Source of the DNA: an uncultured Flavobacteriaceae bacterium
GTDB taxonomy: Bacteria > Bacteroidota > Bacteroidia > Flavobacteriales > Flavobacteriaceae
Direction: 5' to 3'
DNA length: 64,000 nt
Assembly (NCBI GenBank): GCA_905181625.1
Contig: CAJIYJ010000001.1
Span: 30,889-94,888, forward strand
Part shown: one piece after another, positions 16,825 to 25,706 of the stretch
How the letters are laid out: each line of letters begins with the position of its first letter
Numbering within the stretch: position 1 is the stretch's first letter
Made by a program: the position numbers and the translations under genes
Notes under the pieces: model-generated
Database searches by the model: none
Seen by the model: the letters and a program-made list of their open reading frames with translations, nothing else
What the model was told of the DNA's origin: nothing

Positions 16825-18105
16825 ATGAAGCTTTGGAACAAAGATGATATACTTGACAAAAAAATTGAAAAATTTACTGTAGGAAAAGATAGAATTAATG
16901 ATTTATACTTAGCCAAATATGATGTTAAGGCATCTATAGCACATGCTAAAATGCTTAATAAAGTAGGTGTTTTGAAGTCTAATGAACTAAAATTGTTAGA
17001 ATATGAATTAAATCAAATAAAACAAGAAATTATGGATGGTAAATTTGAAATTGAAAATAAGTTTGAAGATGTTCATTCAAAAATAGAATCAATTCTTACA
17101 AACAAGTTAGGTGAAGTAGGTAAAAAAATTCACACAGGAAGATCCAGAAACGATCAAGTTCTTGTTGCTACTCAATTATATTTAAAAGATGAAATAAATG
17201 AAATTAAATCATTGACTAAAAAATTGTTTAATGTTTTAATGAAATTATCAGAGACAAACAAAGATCATTTACTTCCAGGATACACTCATTTACAAGTAGC
17301 TATGCCCTCCTCATTTGGGCTTTGGTTTTCCGCATATGCAGAAAGTCTTATTGATGATGTAATGTATTTAAATACAGCGTTTAAAATAAATGATCAAAAT
17401 CCACTTGGAAGTGCTGCTGGATATGGGAGTTCATTCAATATAGATAGAGATTACACTACTAAAGAATTAGGCTTTAATGAGTTAAAATACAACGTAGTTT
17501 CATCTCAAATGAGTAGAGGAAAAGTCGAAAAATCTGTAGCTATTGCTATTGGATCTATAGCAAGTACATTATCAAAACTGTCTTCTGACATATGTTTTTA
17601 CATGAGTCAAGAATTAAATTTTATATCATTTCCAGAGCAGATTACGACAGGATCAAGTATCATGCCTCATAAAAAAAATCCTGATGTCTTTGAATTAATT
17701 AGAGGCAAGTGTAACATGATTCAATCATTAGCTAATGAATTTAATCATATATCTATCAATTTATTTAGTGGATATCATAGAGATTTACAACTGTTTAAAG
17801 GAAAAATTATTGAATCAATAAATGAAATAAAAAATTGTTTAGAAATTACCTCATATACAATTGAAAAAATTAAAATAAGAAAAAATATTCTAGATGATGA
17901 GAAATATAAATACATATTTTCTGTAGAAAATTTAAACAATTTAGTCAGTAGTGGAATGGCATTTAGGGATGCCTATACAACTATATCTAATGAAATTAAA
18001 TCAGGAAACTTTAAGCCAGATAAAATAATTAACCATAAACTTAAAGGAAGTATAAATAATTTATGTCTAACAGAAATAAAAATCAAAATGAATAAGTTTA
18101 TGTAA
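16825..18105 (+). CDS. argH: Argininosuccinate lyase
   Basis: 426-aa ORF. It carries the fumarate-lyase family signature GSSIMPHKKNP, plus TGRSRNDQV and GYTHLQVAMP. Confidence 0.9.
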   Translation: MKLWNKDDILDKKIEKFTVGKDRINDLYLAKYDVKASIAHAKMLNKVGVLKSNELKLLEYELNQIKQEIMDGKFEIENKFEDVHSKIESILTNKLGEVGKKIHTGRSRNDQVLVATQLYLKDEINEIKSLTKKLFNVLMKLSETNKDHLLPGYTHLQVAMPSSFGLWFSAYAESLIDDVMYLNTAFKINDQNPLGSAAGYGSSFNIDRDYTTKELGFNELKYNVVSSQMSRGKVEKSVAIAIGSIASTLSKLSSDICFYMSQELNFISFPEQITTGSSIMPHKKNPDVFELIRGKCNMIQSLANEFNHISINLFSGYHRDLQLFKGKIIESINEIKNCLEITSYTIEKIKIRKNILDDEKYKYIFSVENLNNLVSSGMAFRDAYTTISNEIKSGNFKPDKIINHKLKGSINNLCLTEIKIKMNKFM

Positions 18106-18269
18106 TGTTATCCCATATTTTATATAAATAATTCGAAAATTTTCAATAGGAATAGTTTCTACATACTAATAATAATATTTTAAATTATTTTCATTTCTTG
18201 GAAGTATTACATCACGTTGTGATCTTTTCAAATAAAATATGTAATTATAGTAGATGCTTGTTTTATTTT

Positions 18270-19382
18270 TTATTTATAAAAAATTATCTGATTATCATTT
18301 AACGACCATAAAACATTTTTGAATTTTTTCATAAATCCAATACCTAATAAAGAAACATTTGCTGTTTCTAAGGTTTCAACTAGAGCTATAACATTCCTTA
18401 CCTTATATTCACCAATAGTTAATTCTTTCAATCTAATTACTTTATTATTAGTAGGTTCACCACGAACACCTATTGTTGCAATTATCACATTCATATCATC
18501 ATATTCTAAGCCGTTTTCCTTTAATTTGTTAAAAAGATTATAACCGATTGTAAAAGGTTCAGCTCCTGTGTCAAAAATAAATCTAAAATTTTCTGTTGGG
18601 GTTTTTGTAGCTATTTTTAAATTAATATATTTTGTATCATCATTTGGTTCTGTTTCTAGATTAATCTTTATTAATTCTAGATCGCCTTCAATATCATCTT
18701 TAACATAGTAATTTTTTATATTACTTTTTTCACTACCTATAATTTCATCTCCATTTTCAAAACTTTTTTCTATAATTAAAAAGCCATTTTGGGATATTGT
18801 TTTTTCTATTCCAGTTCTTAAAGTTCCATTTGAATAATACGAACCATTGCTTTCAATAGTAAACTGTGGAGAAGTTTGTACAAGTTTTATTCGATCTCCA
18901 TTTTTAAATACTGATTTTAAAAATGTTCCATTATTAATGTCAGTTAACTTTACCCCACTAAAAAACATATCATTTTTAAAAACTCCTTCTTCTGTTGTTT
19001 TTTGATTAGCAATTTGATATGAATATTCTCCCTCACCATTTTTCATATTATTTTTATAATTACCCTCGTAAGTATTACCATCAGCAGATTTATATTTTCC
19101 AAAACCATCTTTTTCATCTTTCACCCAATCACCCTCATAATTATTACCATCAGCAGATGTCAATTTTCCAAAACCATCCCTTTTGTTTTTTTTAAAATAA
19201 CCTTCATAGATTGACCCGTCATCAAATGTTAATTTTCCAAACCCATCCATTTGGTTTTCCACGTCAGTACATCCTACATATTTAGCATTTGTAAACTGGA
19301 CTTCTTTATCACATTTTTTAACATCATCTTGTCCAAAGGACATAAAAGGAATAAACATTAATAACAATGTTATTTTTTTCAT
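18270..19382 (-). CDS. Secreted MORN-repeat protein with a C-terminal retropepsin-like (clan AA) aspartic protease domain
   Basis: 370-aa ORF with signal peptide MKKITLLLMFIPFMSFGQ. It has tandem MORN units (YEGYFKKNKRDGFGK, YEGDWVKDEKDGFGK, YEGNYKNNMKNGEGE). The C-terminus has FIFDTGAEPFTI (D-T-G-A) and LLGIGFMKKF...IIFYK, typical of single-lobe bacterial retropepsin-like proteases. Confidence 0.6.
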   Translation of the reverse strand: MKKITLLLMFIPFMSFGQDDVKKCDKEVQFTNAKYVGCTDVENQMDGFGKLTFDDGSIYEGYFKKNKRDGFGKLTSADGNNYEGDWVKDEKDGFGKYKSADGNTYEGNYKNNMKNGEGEYSYQIANQKTTEEGVFKNDMFFSGVKLTDINNGTFLKSVFKNGDRIKLVQTSPQFTIESNGSYYSNGTLRTGIEKTISQNGFLIIEKSFENGDEIIGSEKSNIKNYYVKDDIEGDLELIKINLETEPNDDTKYINLKIATKTPTENFRFIFDTGAEPFTIGYNLFNKLKENGLEYDDMNVIIATIGVRGEPTNNKVIRLKELTIGEYKVRNVIALVETLETANVSLLGIGFMKKFKNVLWSLNDNQIIFYK

Positions 19383-19551
19383 ATTTACAAATCTATAAAA
19401 ATCATTATAATAGCGTAAGATATTAATGTGAATAAAATATTTTAATAGTAATTTTAATAGGGACTGCCCTATTTACATAAAACAAGTCTTTTTTTTCCAT
19501 TGTTGTTTGTATTTATTAGTATAGCAGTTAAACTAGGTGGATTCAACAATT

Positions 19552-19780
19552 TATATAGCTTTTCCTAGTGCCTCTCCGACGCCTCTTTGGTGTAATCTTA
19601 TTGCTACCAACATAAATAATTCATTTTGATTCGCTTATTTTTCGATATTTTGTTTTTCAATAAAAACCTTCCCTACAAACTTCATCCCAACCCGTAGCTA
19701 TTTCAGAAAAAGTGATCCGTGCCATTTTTAGATACTTTTCATCTTTTATAAGTTCACAGGACCAACATTATTAAAACTAC
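19552..19780 (-). pseudogene. Probable decayed gene remnant (short broken reading frames, one with a GNAT-like motif)
   Basis: This sits in a 436-bp gap whose local GC is higher than typical spacers. Minus-strand fragments read ...ELIKDEKYLKMARITFSEIATGWDEVCREGFY* and MLVAIRLHQRGVGEALGKAI* (Q/R-x-x-G-x-G/A-like) in different frames. There is no intact ORF. Confidence 0.25.
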
Positions 19781-19818
19781 AAATACAGGATTTTTTTATA
19801 TTTCAATAGTTCTTCTTT

Positions 19819-20646
19819 CTAATCTCCACTATTTAACATTTCCTCCAACCAATTTAAAGTATGGGCAAAAACAGTTTCTTTGGAAAGATCATTATGAGGT
19901 TCGTGCTTGGTATTACTAAAAACCTTTAAAGTCACTTTATCTTTATTAGATTGTGCGAAATATTCAGAACCAGACTTACAAATTATAGCATCTTCTTCTC
20001 CGTGAAACATAAATATATTTATACAAAGCTTAGAAGCATTTTCTAAAGTCCATTTTCCAGCGGAATAAAATTCGGAAAATAATCGAACAGATATTTGATT
20101 GTGATTTAATAGATCTTCTTTGTAATTAGTAAATACTTTTGGGTCATAAGAAAAGTCGTTGGGATCTATCTTGTTATTTTGTGTTAGGCCAGGATAAATC
20201 CCGTTCATTAATTTTGATAAACCTAGATCAATAATTGAAGGTTTTTTGATTAATTTCATCCAAGCCGCTGAAACAATCGCTCCTTTTAAAAATTTTGGTT
20301 GTTTTCGCAATAAAAAATTCAACAATACACTGCCACCAAAACTATGTCCATATAAGAATAAGCTATGATGAGGTATTGTTTTTAATACACGCTCTAGATC
20401 ATCTAAACTGTGATCTAAACTTGGTGAATGCCCTCGTTTTCCTTCAGATTTTCCATGTCCTCGTTGATCATAGCTATAAACTTGAAATCCGTTGTCTATA
20501 TAAAATTTAGCTAAATGTGAATAACGTCCTTGGTGTTCTCCTAAGCCATGAATGATAAAAAGGGTTCCTTTTGATATTTTAGTATCATTCCACTTTTGAA
20601 CGCGTAAAGTAATATGATCTTTTGTTTGAACTTTATATGAGTGCAT
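19819..20646 (-). CDS. Alpha/beta hydrolase (lysophospholipase / monoacylglycerol lipase-like)
   Basis: 275-aa ORF. HGLGEH oxyanion region, nucleophile elbow GHSFGG, and a C-terminal His context (HEPHND). Confidence 0.75.
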   Translation of the reverse strand: MHSYKVQTKDHITLRVQKWNDTKISKGTLFIIHGLGEHQGRYSHLAKFYIDNGFQVYSYDQRGHGKSEGKRGHSPSLDHSLDDLERVLKTIPHHSLFLYGHSFGGSVLLNFLLRKQPKFLKGAIVSAAWMKLIKKPSIIDLGLSKLMNGIYPGLTQNNKIDPNDFSYDPKVFTNYKEDLLNHNQISVRLFSEFYSAGKWTLENASKLCINIFMFHGEEDAIICKSGSEYFAQSNKDKVTLKVFSNTKHEPHNDLSKETVFAHTLNWLEEMLNSGD

Positions 20647-20774
20647 AAATTTTTAGTATTAAATCAAACCTACTATTTTTAATGCAAATTAATTATTTAG
20701 CCTTATTAACAAATATCGATCTACTTTAAAATAAATTAAATGTAACTAAACACTTAGATCACGAAAAAAGTAAT

Positions 20775-22394
20775 TCAGTCCCTAATTAAAATCATATCTG
20801 CTGCTTTTTCAGCAATCATAAACACCGGAGCATTTGTATTTCCAGAAACAATTTTTGGCATAATCGATGCATCGACAACACGGAGGTTTGTAATTCCATG
20901 AACTTTTAAAGTTGGATCAACAACAGCCATTGCATCATTTCCCATTTTACAAGTGCCTACAGGGTGATAAACCGTTTCTACGGTTTTCTTAATGTGTTGA
21001 ATTAGCAAATCATCAGAATTTCGGTTGTGTGGAAGACCATTTGCTTTGGTGTGTGTTTTCATTGCCTGATTCTCCATTATTTTAAAAACCAATTTACCTC
21101 CTTTAACTAACTGATCTAGATCTTCTTTTTCTTGTAAAAAATTCGGTTGAATAATTGGTGTTGCTTTCGGATCAGCAGAAGAAAGACTAACAGTTCCCCT
21201 ACTTTTAGGATGTAATAATGTGGGTAGAATAGTGAAACCATCGGTTCGTGGAAATCCATAAAGATCATAAACATCGTAGCCATATTCATTACCCAACCAC
21301 ATTGGAGAAAAATGAAGTTGAAAATTTACTTTCCCACCCTTCTGATCAAGATCAAAAAAAGCCATTCCTTCAAGAGGTCCGCTACAAAACACTCCTTTTT
21401 TATTTACAAAATAATTCCATGCAGCTTTAAGTTGATTTGTTAGAGGGATGTAATGGTTAATACCCTGTTGAGTTTTACTTTGTCCACAAATAGGGAAAAA
21501 CAAATGATCTTGTAGGTTTTTTCCAACCCCTTTCAATTCATGTATGCAGTCGATTCCGTGTTTATTCAGTTCTAAGGCTTCACCAATTCCAGAAAGCATT
21601 AATAATTGTGGAGATTGAAAGGCTCCAGCCGAAAGGATAATTTCTTTTTGTGCTTTCACTTGGATTGTTTTTGATCCTTTGTTGTATTGCACTGCCACCG
21701 CTTTTTTGCCTTCAAAAATTATCTTATCGACTTTAGCGTTTGAAATAACAGTAAGATTGGGTCGCTCTAAAACAGGTTTTAAAAAAGCAGTTGCCCCACT
21801 TGCACGTTTTCCGTTTTTGATAGTGCTTTGCACTACGCTAGCCCCTTCTTGGCATTCACCATTATAATCTGTGTTAGCTGGAATACCTATTGCTGCACAA
21901 GCATCAATGAATCCCTGTACATATGGAGTTTGAAACTTAGCTGGAAGTGTAACCCCTAACTCTCCACTAGAACTATGATAGCCAGCATCCATTGTGTCAA
22001 CTTGGGCATGATTTTCTGAACGCTTAAAATAAGGGAGTAAGTCTTTAAAGCTCCAACCTGTATTTCCTAGTTCTGCCCACCCATCATAATCGGCAGTATT
22101 TCCTCTTACATAAGCCATTGCATTTGTAGAACTGCTACCACCAAGAGTTTTTCCTCTAGGTAAATAAATTTTACGATTCAAAATATTGGCTTGTTCTTCA
22201 GACCAAAAACCCCAATCTTGCTTGCTTTTATGAACCTTTAAATAGGCGCCAGGAATATGAATGTTCATGTTATTATCTGGTCCTCCTGCTTCTAATAATA
22301 AAACTGAATTTTTTGAGTTTTTTGACAAACGGTTCGCTAAGACACAACCAGCTGACCCTGCTCCTATGATAATATAATCGTATGACTGACTCAT
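20775..22394 (-). CDS. GMC family oxidoreductase (choline dehydrogenase-like flavoprotein)
   Basis: 539-aa ORF. N-terminal FAD fold [23 protein letters not shown] signatures GGSSSTNAM and HPVGTCKMG. Confidence 0.85.
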   Translation of the reverse strand: MSQSYDYIIIGAGSAGCVLANRLSKNSKNSVLLLEAGGPDNNMNIHIPGAYLKVHKSKQDWGFWSEEQANILNRKIYLPRGKTLGGSSSTNAMAYVRGNTADYDGWAELGNTGWSFKDLLPYFKRSENHAQVDTMDAGYHSSSGELGVTLPAKFQTPYVQGFIDACAAIGIPANTDYNGECQEGASVVQSTIKNGKRASGATAFLKPVLERPNLTVISNAKVDKIIFEGKKAVAVQYNKGSKTIQVKAQKEIILSAGAFQSPQLLMLSGIGEALELNKHGIDCIHELKGVGKNLQDHLFFPICGQSKTQQGINHYIPLTNQLKAAWNYFVNKKGVFCSGPLEGMAFFDLDQKGGKVNFQLHFSPMWLGNEYGYDVYDLYGFPRTDGFTILPTLLHPKSRGTVSLSSADPKATPIIQPNFLQEKEDLDQLVKGGKLVFKIMENQAMKTHTKANGLPHNRNSDDLLIQHIKKTVETVYHPVGTCKMGNDAMAVVDPTLKVHGITNLRVVDASIMPKIVSGNTNAPVFMIAEKAADMILIRD

Positions 22395-22480
22395 ATACTC
22401 TTCAGTTTAAAGATATCTTTTACTAAATCTAATGAAAATAATAATAAGATTCTTATTGTCTGACAGATGTTATCTATAAT

Positions 22481-23659
22481 TTATTTTACAATTACAGGTT
22501 GAACCCAAGCTTGCTTAGTTTCTCCCAACCTAGGAGGATTTTCTTTTAAATCAGTAGAATTAATTTTTGCTCTTACAAAAAGATCATCTTCTTGAAAAGT
22601 ATAACTAGATGAATTATCCTTAACTCTTTTTAATACTTCTATATTATAACTCCCTTTACGATAACCCATAAAAATAATTTCATAATCAATCCCCTCTTTT
22701 GGCTCTACTTCAATAAAAAGCTTTTCCTTGTTTTGGAAGACCTGCTTTAATATTACACCAGACGAAGAATAAAAATCTCCTGCTTCCATTGCGTTAATTA
22801 AACTTTCTGTATCTAATTTTTGTGAATTAACCATAACCCAACCTCTTCCTGTATTACTATTAGCTTTAGATTTCACATGGTAGTTATGACTATCGTCGGT
22901 TGCAATACCTAATAGTAGTGGTTTATTATCATTGTAATAAGAAATGTTGATTAAATCCCACATAGTTTCAAGGTCCATATTCATATCATCCCCCTCATTA
23001 TTTACTTTAGGGTGGCCGTTATAAAGTTCAAAAAACCGCTCTCCATTAAGTTTTTTTAAATCCTCTACATTTATACCATAACCAAAATTAGGATGGTTGA
23101 TATGAGCAAACATTGGAATATCTAACTTTTTTCTTTGGGCATGAACTTCATCTAAGGTTTGTTGCATCACCTCATAAACTGAGTTACCTTTAAAAGGCTC
23201 GATTTTCTCTTTTATATTGGTTACATTAATATGTACAGGTTTGTTTTCAAAAGATGAGGTCACCTCTTCAGATTGTATTATTAAAAATGAATTAGGATCT
23301 TCAAGTTTTGATTGATATTCTTTAAAAGTTTTTAGTCGAACAAACATTCCAGTGGAATCAATTTTTGTTTCAACCCAGTCTCCTAAACTTTTTTGATATT
23401 TTTCTAAAACTTTATTTTGATTGTCTTTTTCTTTTAATTTGTACCAGTAATCTCTGCTAGCCATTGTGTTATGATCAGATAAGGCAATGAACTGATAGTC
23501 ATTATTCTTATACCATTTAATAATCATTTCTGGAAAATCATCACCATCACTCCAAAAAGAATGAGTATGTAAATTTCCCTTTTGCCAATACTGCTTAGGA
23601 AATTCTTGTTTACAAGAAATAAACGAAATAAGTATAAATAGTAGAATTGGTTTTTTCAT
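22481..23659 (-). CDS. Exported PHP-domain-like metallo-phosphoesterase
   Basis: 392-aa ORF with a lipoprotein signal (LFILISFISC). It has the N-terminal GNLHTHSFWSDGD motif (PHP H-x-H, D) and further His/Asp clusters (SDHN, HINHPNF, TDDSHN). Confidence 0.55.
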   Translation of the reverse strand: MKKPILLFILISFISCKQEFPKQYWQKGNLHTHSFWSDGDDFPEMIIKWYKNNDYQFIALSDHNTMASRDYWYKLKEKDNQNKVLEKYQKSLGDWVETKIDSTGMFVRLKTFKEYQSKLEDPNSFLIIQSEEVTSSFENKPVHINVTNIKEKIEPFKGNSVYEVMQQTLDEVHAQRKKLDIPMFAHINHPNFGYGINVEDLKKLNGERFFELYNGHPKVNNEGDDMNMDLETMWDLINISYYNDNKPLLLGIATDDSHNYHVKSKANSNTGRGWVMVNSQKLDTESLINAMEAGDFYSSSGVILKQVFQNKEKLFIEVEPKEGIDYEIIFMGYRKGSYNIEVLKRVKDNSSSYTFQEDDLFVRAKINSTDLKENPPRLGETKQAWVQPVIVK

Positions 23660-23755
23660 ATTACTAATATATATTAATTATATAAGATCTATTTTCTGTT
23701 TAAAGTAGGTGATTCTGCAACAAAGTATAATGCCAGAGTCAATTGATAAATAATA

Positions 23756-23989
23756 CTAATTCTTTTTAAAAAATAAATAATAAAAATTAATTAAAATAAT
23801 GGCAGCATTAGTTATAACTATTGGATATTGAGAAATTAATGACCCATATATTACAAAAAACATACAACCAACACTGTTAATGACTCTAAGTTTAGTTACA
23901 TTTTTCATCATAAACGATATAAGTAAAACTGTCATTGCTAAATAACCAACCCATTCAGTTAATTCTATTCCTAATAATACTGTATTCAT
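23756..23989 (-). CDS. Small three-helix membrane protein (YgjV-like half-size)
   Basis: 77-aa ORF with three hydrophobic segments. The N-terminal EWVGYLAM...SFMMKNVTKLRVINSVG resembles the YgjV family. Confidence 0.4.
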   Translation of the reverse strand: MNTVLLGIELTEWVGYLAMTVLLISFMMKNVTKLRVINSVGCMFFVIYGSLISQYPIVITNAAIILINFYYLFFKKN

Positions 23990-24039
23990 TTAAATTATTT
24001 ATTTCAAATTTAATCAAATTTTCATCTCTGAATTAAATA

Positions 24040-24261
24040 TTAATACCTCCTTCTAACTTCTCTCACTATATCTTCTAAACCATTTAATTGTATTTCATAG
24101 ACTAGCTCTAATTGTTTTCCTATTTTTCCTGATGGAAACCCTTTGTTTTTATACCAAACTATATAACGTTCAGGTAAATCAATTAAATATCTACCCTTAT
24201 ATTTTCCATAAGGCATTTTCATTTTAGCTAAATCTATGAGGATTTGTTTGTTTTGTATCAT
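24040..24261 (-). CDS. DUF3820 family protein
   Basis: 73-aa ORF. KMPYGKYKGRYLIDLPERYIVWYKNKGFPSGKIG matches the conserved DUF3820 core as I recall it. Confidence 0.65.
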   Translation of the reverse strand: MIQNKQILIDLAKMKMPYGKYKGRYLIDLPERYIVWYKNKGFPSGKIGKQLELVYEIQLNGLEDIVREVRRRY

Positions 24262-24451
24262 TCAATTTCAACTCATTATTCAAGTAGTTAAAGATACCCA
24301 AGAATTATGTTCTCTAACAAATGAAAAAAGCTAGTAAATTTTATATTAATTATATCGAATCAATTAATCCAAACCTATTAAATCTACAAACTTAGAGAAC
24401 AAACTCTTTGTTTTTAGAAAAATTATCAGGTGAAGTTATTTACACTTTTAT

Positions 24452-25357
24452 TTATTTTTCAACTTCAATAATAACATATTCCCTTTTATAGTTTTTTCCA
24501 CTTTCTATCTCAACTTTTTCTATATAAGGAATTACGTTTGGAGATGAAACTATGATTTTATAATTACCAGGACTTACATTAATAAACCATTTTCCTTTAG
24601 GTGCAAATAGCCAGGTCGAACCTCCAAACATTAAGGTCATCGGTTTTTCAGAGCTATTAATTGCTTCAATTCTAGATGAAGTTAAACTTTCTGATTTGCC
24701 AGCAAATTTGAATAAATCATTGACTTCGTTAATTTCGACTTCATTAGCAAGTTCTATCGATGATTTATGAACATATCCTTCTTCATTAGAAACGATATCA
24801 ATCACATTATAATAATCATTTATAGGTTTATCAGAAATAATAAATAATTGATTTCCTGGAATCAAATTTTTAATTATTTCAAACCCAGAACCTGGGCCTG
24901 ATAATAAGTCTATTTCTTTATTTACTATACCAATGTAGGACTTATAGGTTACTACAAAAGAAGTTAGGAAATAACCATTATCAACCACCTTTGTTCCTTC
25001 AATTAATTGATCGTTTTTAAATATACCTTTTCGAGTGTAAATTTTAGAATCTTTTTTTTCAGTTGAAATCCCTTCCCCTTTCTTTAAACCATTTTCCCAG
25101 TTACCTTCATAAAAATAACCGCCTGTAGATTCAAATTTTCCTAACCCATTTCTTTTTCCATTTTTCCAATAACCTTCATAAACATCTTGATTTTCATAGT
25201 TCATTATTCCAAAGCCATCAGGATTACCTTCATCGTTTATACATCCCACATAATTGTCATTCTCATACGTTTTTTCATCAATACATTTATCAACGTTATT
25301 TTGAGAAATAACTAAAAATGGAATTAATAAAATAAGGGTACTCAATATGTTTTTCAT
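24452..25357 (-). CDS. Secreted MORN-repeat protein with an SH3-like middle domain and a beta-sandwich-like C-terminus
   Basis: 301-aa ORF with a signal peptide. Its Cys pair and MORN units (YEGYWKNGKRNGLGK, YEGNWENGLKKGEG) are paralogous to the N-terminus of 18270..19382. The central segment GPGSGFEIIKNLIPGNQLFII...GYVHKSSIE looks like bacterial SH3. The C-terminus PGNYKIIVSS...VEIESGKNY looks like a carboxypeptidase-regulatory or PEGA domain. Confidence 0.55.
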   Translation of the reverse strand: MKNILSTLILLIPFLVISQNNVDKCIDEKTYENDNYVGCINDEGNPDGFGIMNYENQDVYEGYWKNGKRNGLGKFESTGGYFYEGNWENGLKKGEGISTEKKDSKIYTRKGIFKNDQLIEGTKVVDNGYFLTSFVVTYKSYIGIVNKEIDLLSGPGSGFEIIKNLIPGNQLFIISDKPINDYYNVIDIVSNEEGYVHKSSIELANEVEINEVNDLFKFAGKSESLTSSRIEAINSSEKPMTLMFGGSTWLFAPKGKWFINVSPGNYKIIVSSPNVIPYIEKVEIESGKNYKREYVIIEVEK

Positions 25358-25706
25358 AATAAATATTTTATTTAGGTTTATGTTGTTAGCAATGACAATA
25401 ACGTGTTTTAAAACAAAATGTTTCCATCTTTCCTTAGTTTAAAAAAAGTTTTTACTAAGTTAAAAAAAGTAGAGACAATAAATAAAAGTAATTCTTAACA
25501 ATCAAAAGGATTAATACTATGAGAAATTTTTTATTATTAAAAATTGAATTATTACACCAGGGTTTTCTCAGTTGAATATTTTTTTAGTAATTTAGTAATC
25601 ATAACCAAGGAAAAAAACTTTCAACGATCCTCAAGAATTATGTTTTCTGGTGTTTAAAAAACTGTGAAACAATAATTTAAATTTAACAAACTAGAAAAAA
25701 CCTATT

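Noticed and set aside
18990-19270. Periodic ~69-nt nucleotide repeats that could superficially resemble a repeat array.
   Set aside because: They are the in-frame MORN repeat units of the 18270..19382 coding sequence, with no spacer/repeat structure of a CRISPR array.
627-21867. Other short alternate-frame or antisense track ORFs lie inside long genes (for example 627..848, 2055..2273, 6690..6953, 7057..7317, 7551..7872, 9782..9985, 11010..11261, 12366..12602, 13590..13793, 14348..14548, 16097..16294, 18319..18543, 20295..20510, 21248..21430, 21679..21867). Later examples are 31837..32079, 38576..38767, 39747..39974, 46300..46563, 49713..49919, 53279..53461, 53899..54156, 60010..60222 and 60985..61191.
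   Set aside because: Each is fully nested in a longer ORF with clear family motifs. None shows a signal peptide, a motif or a plausible independent context.
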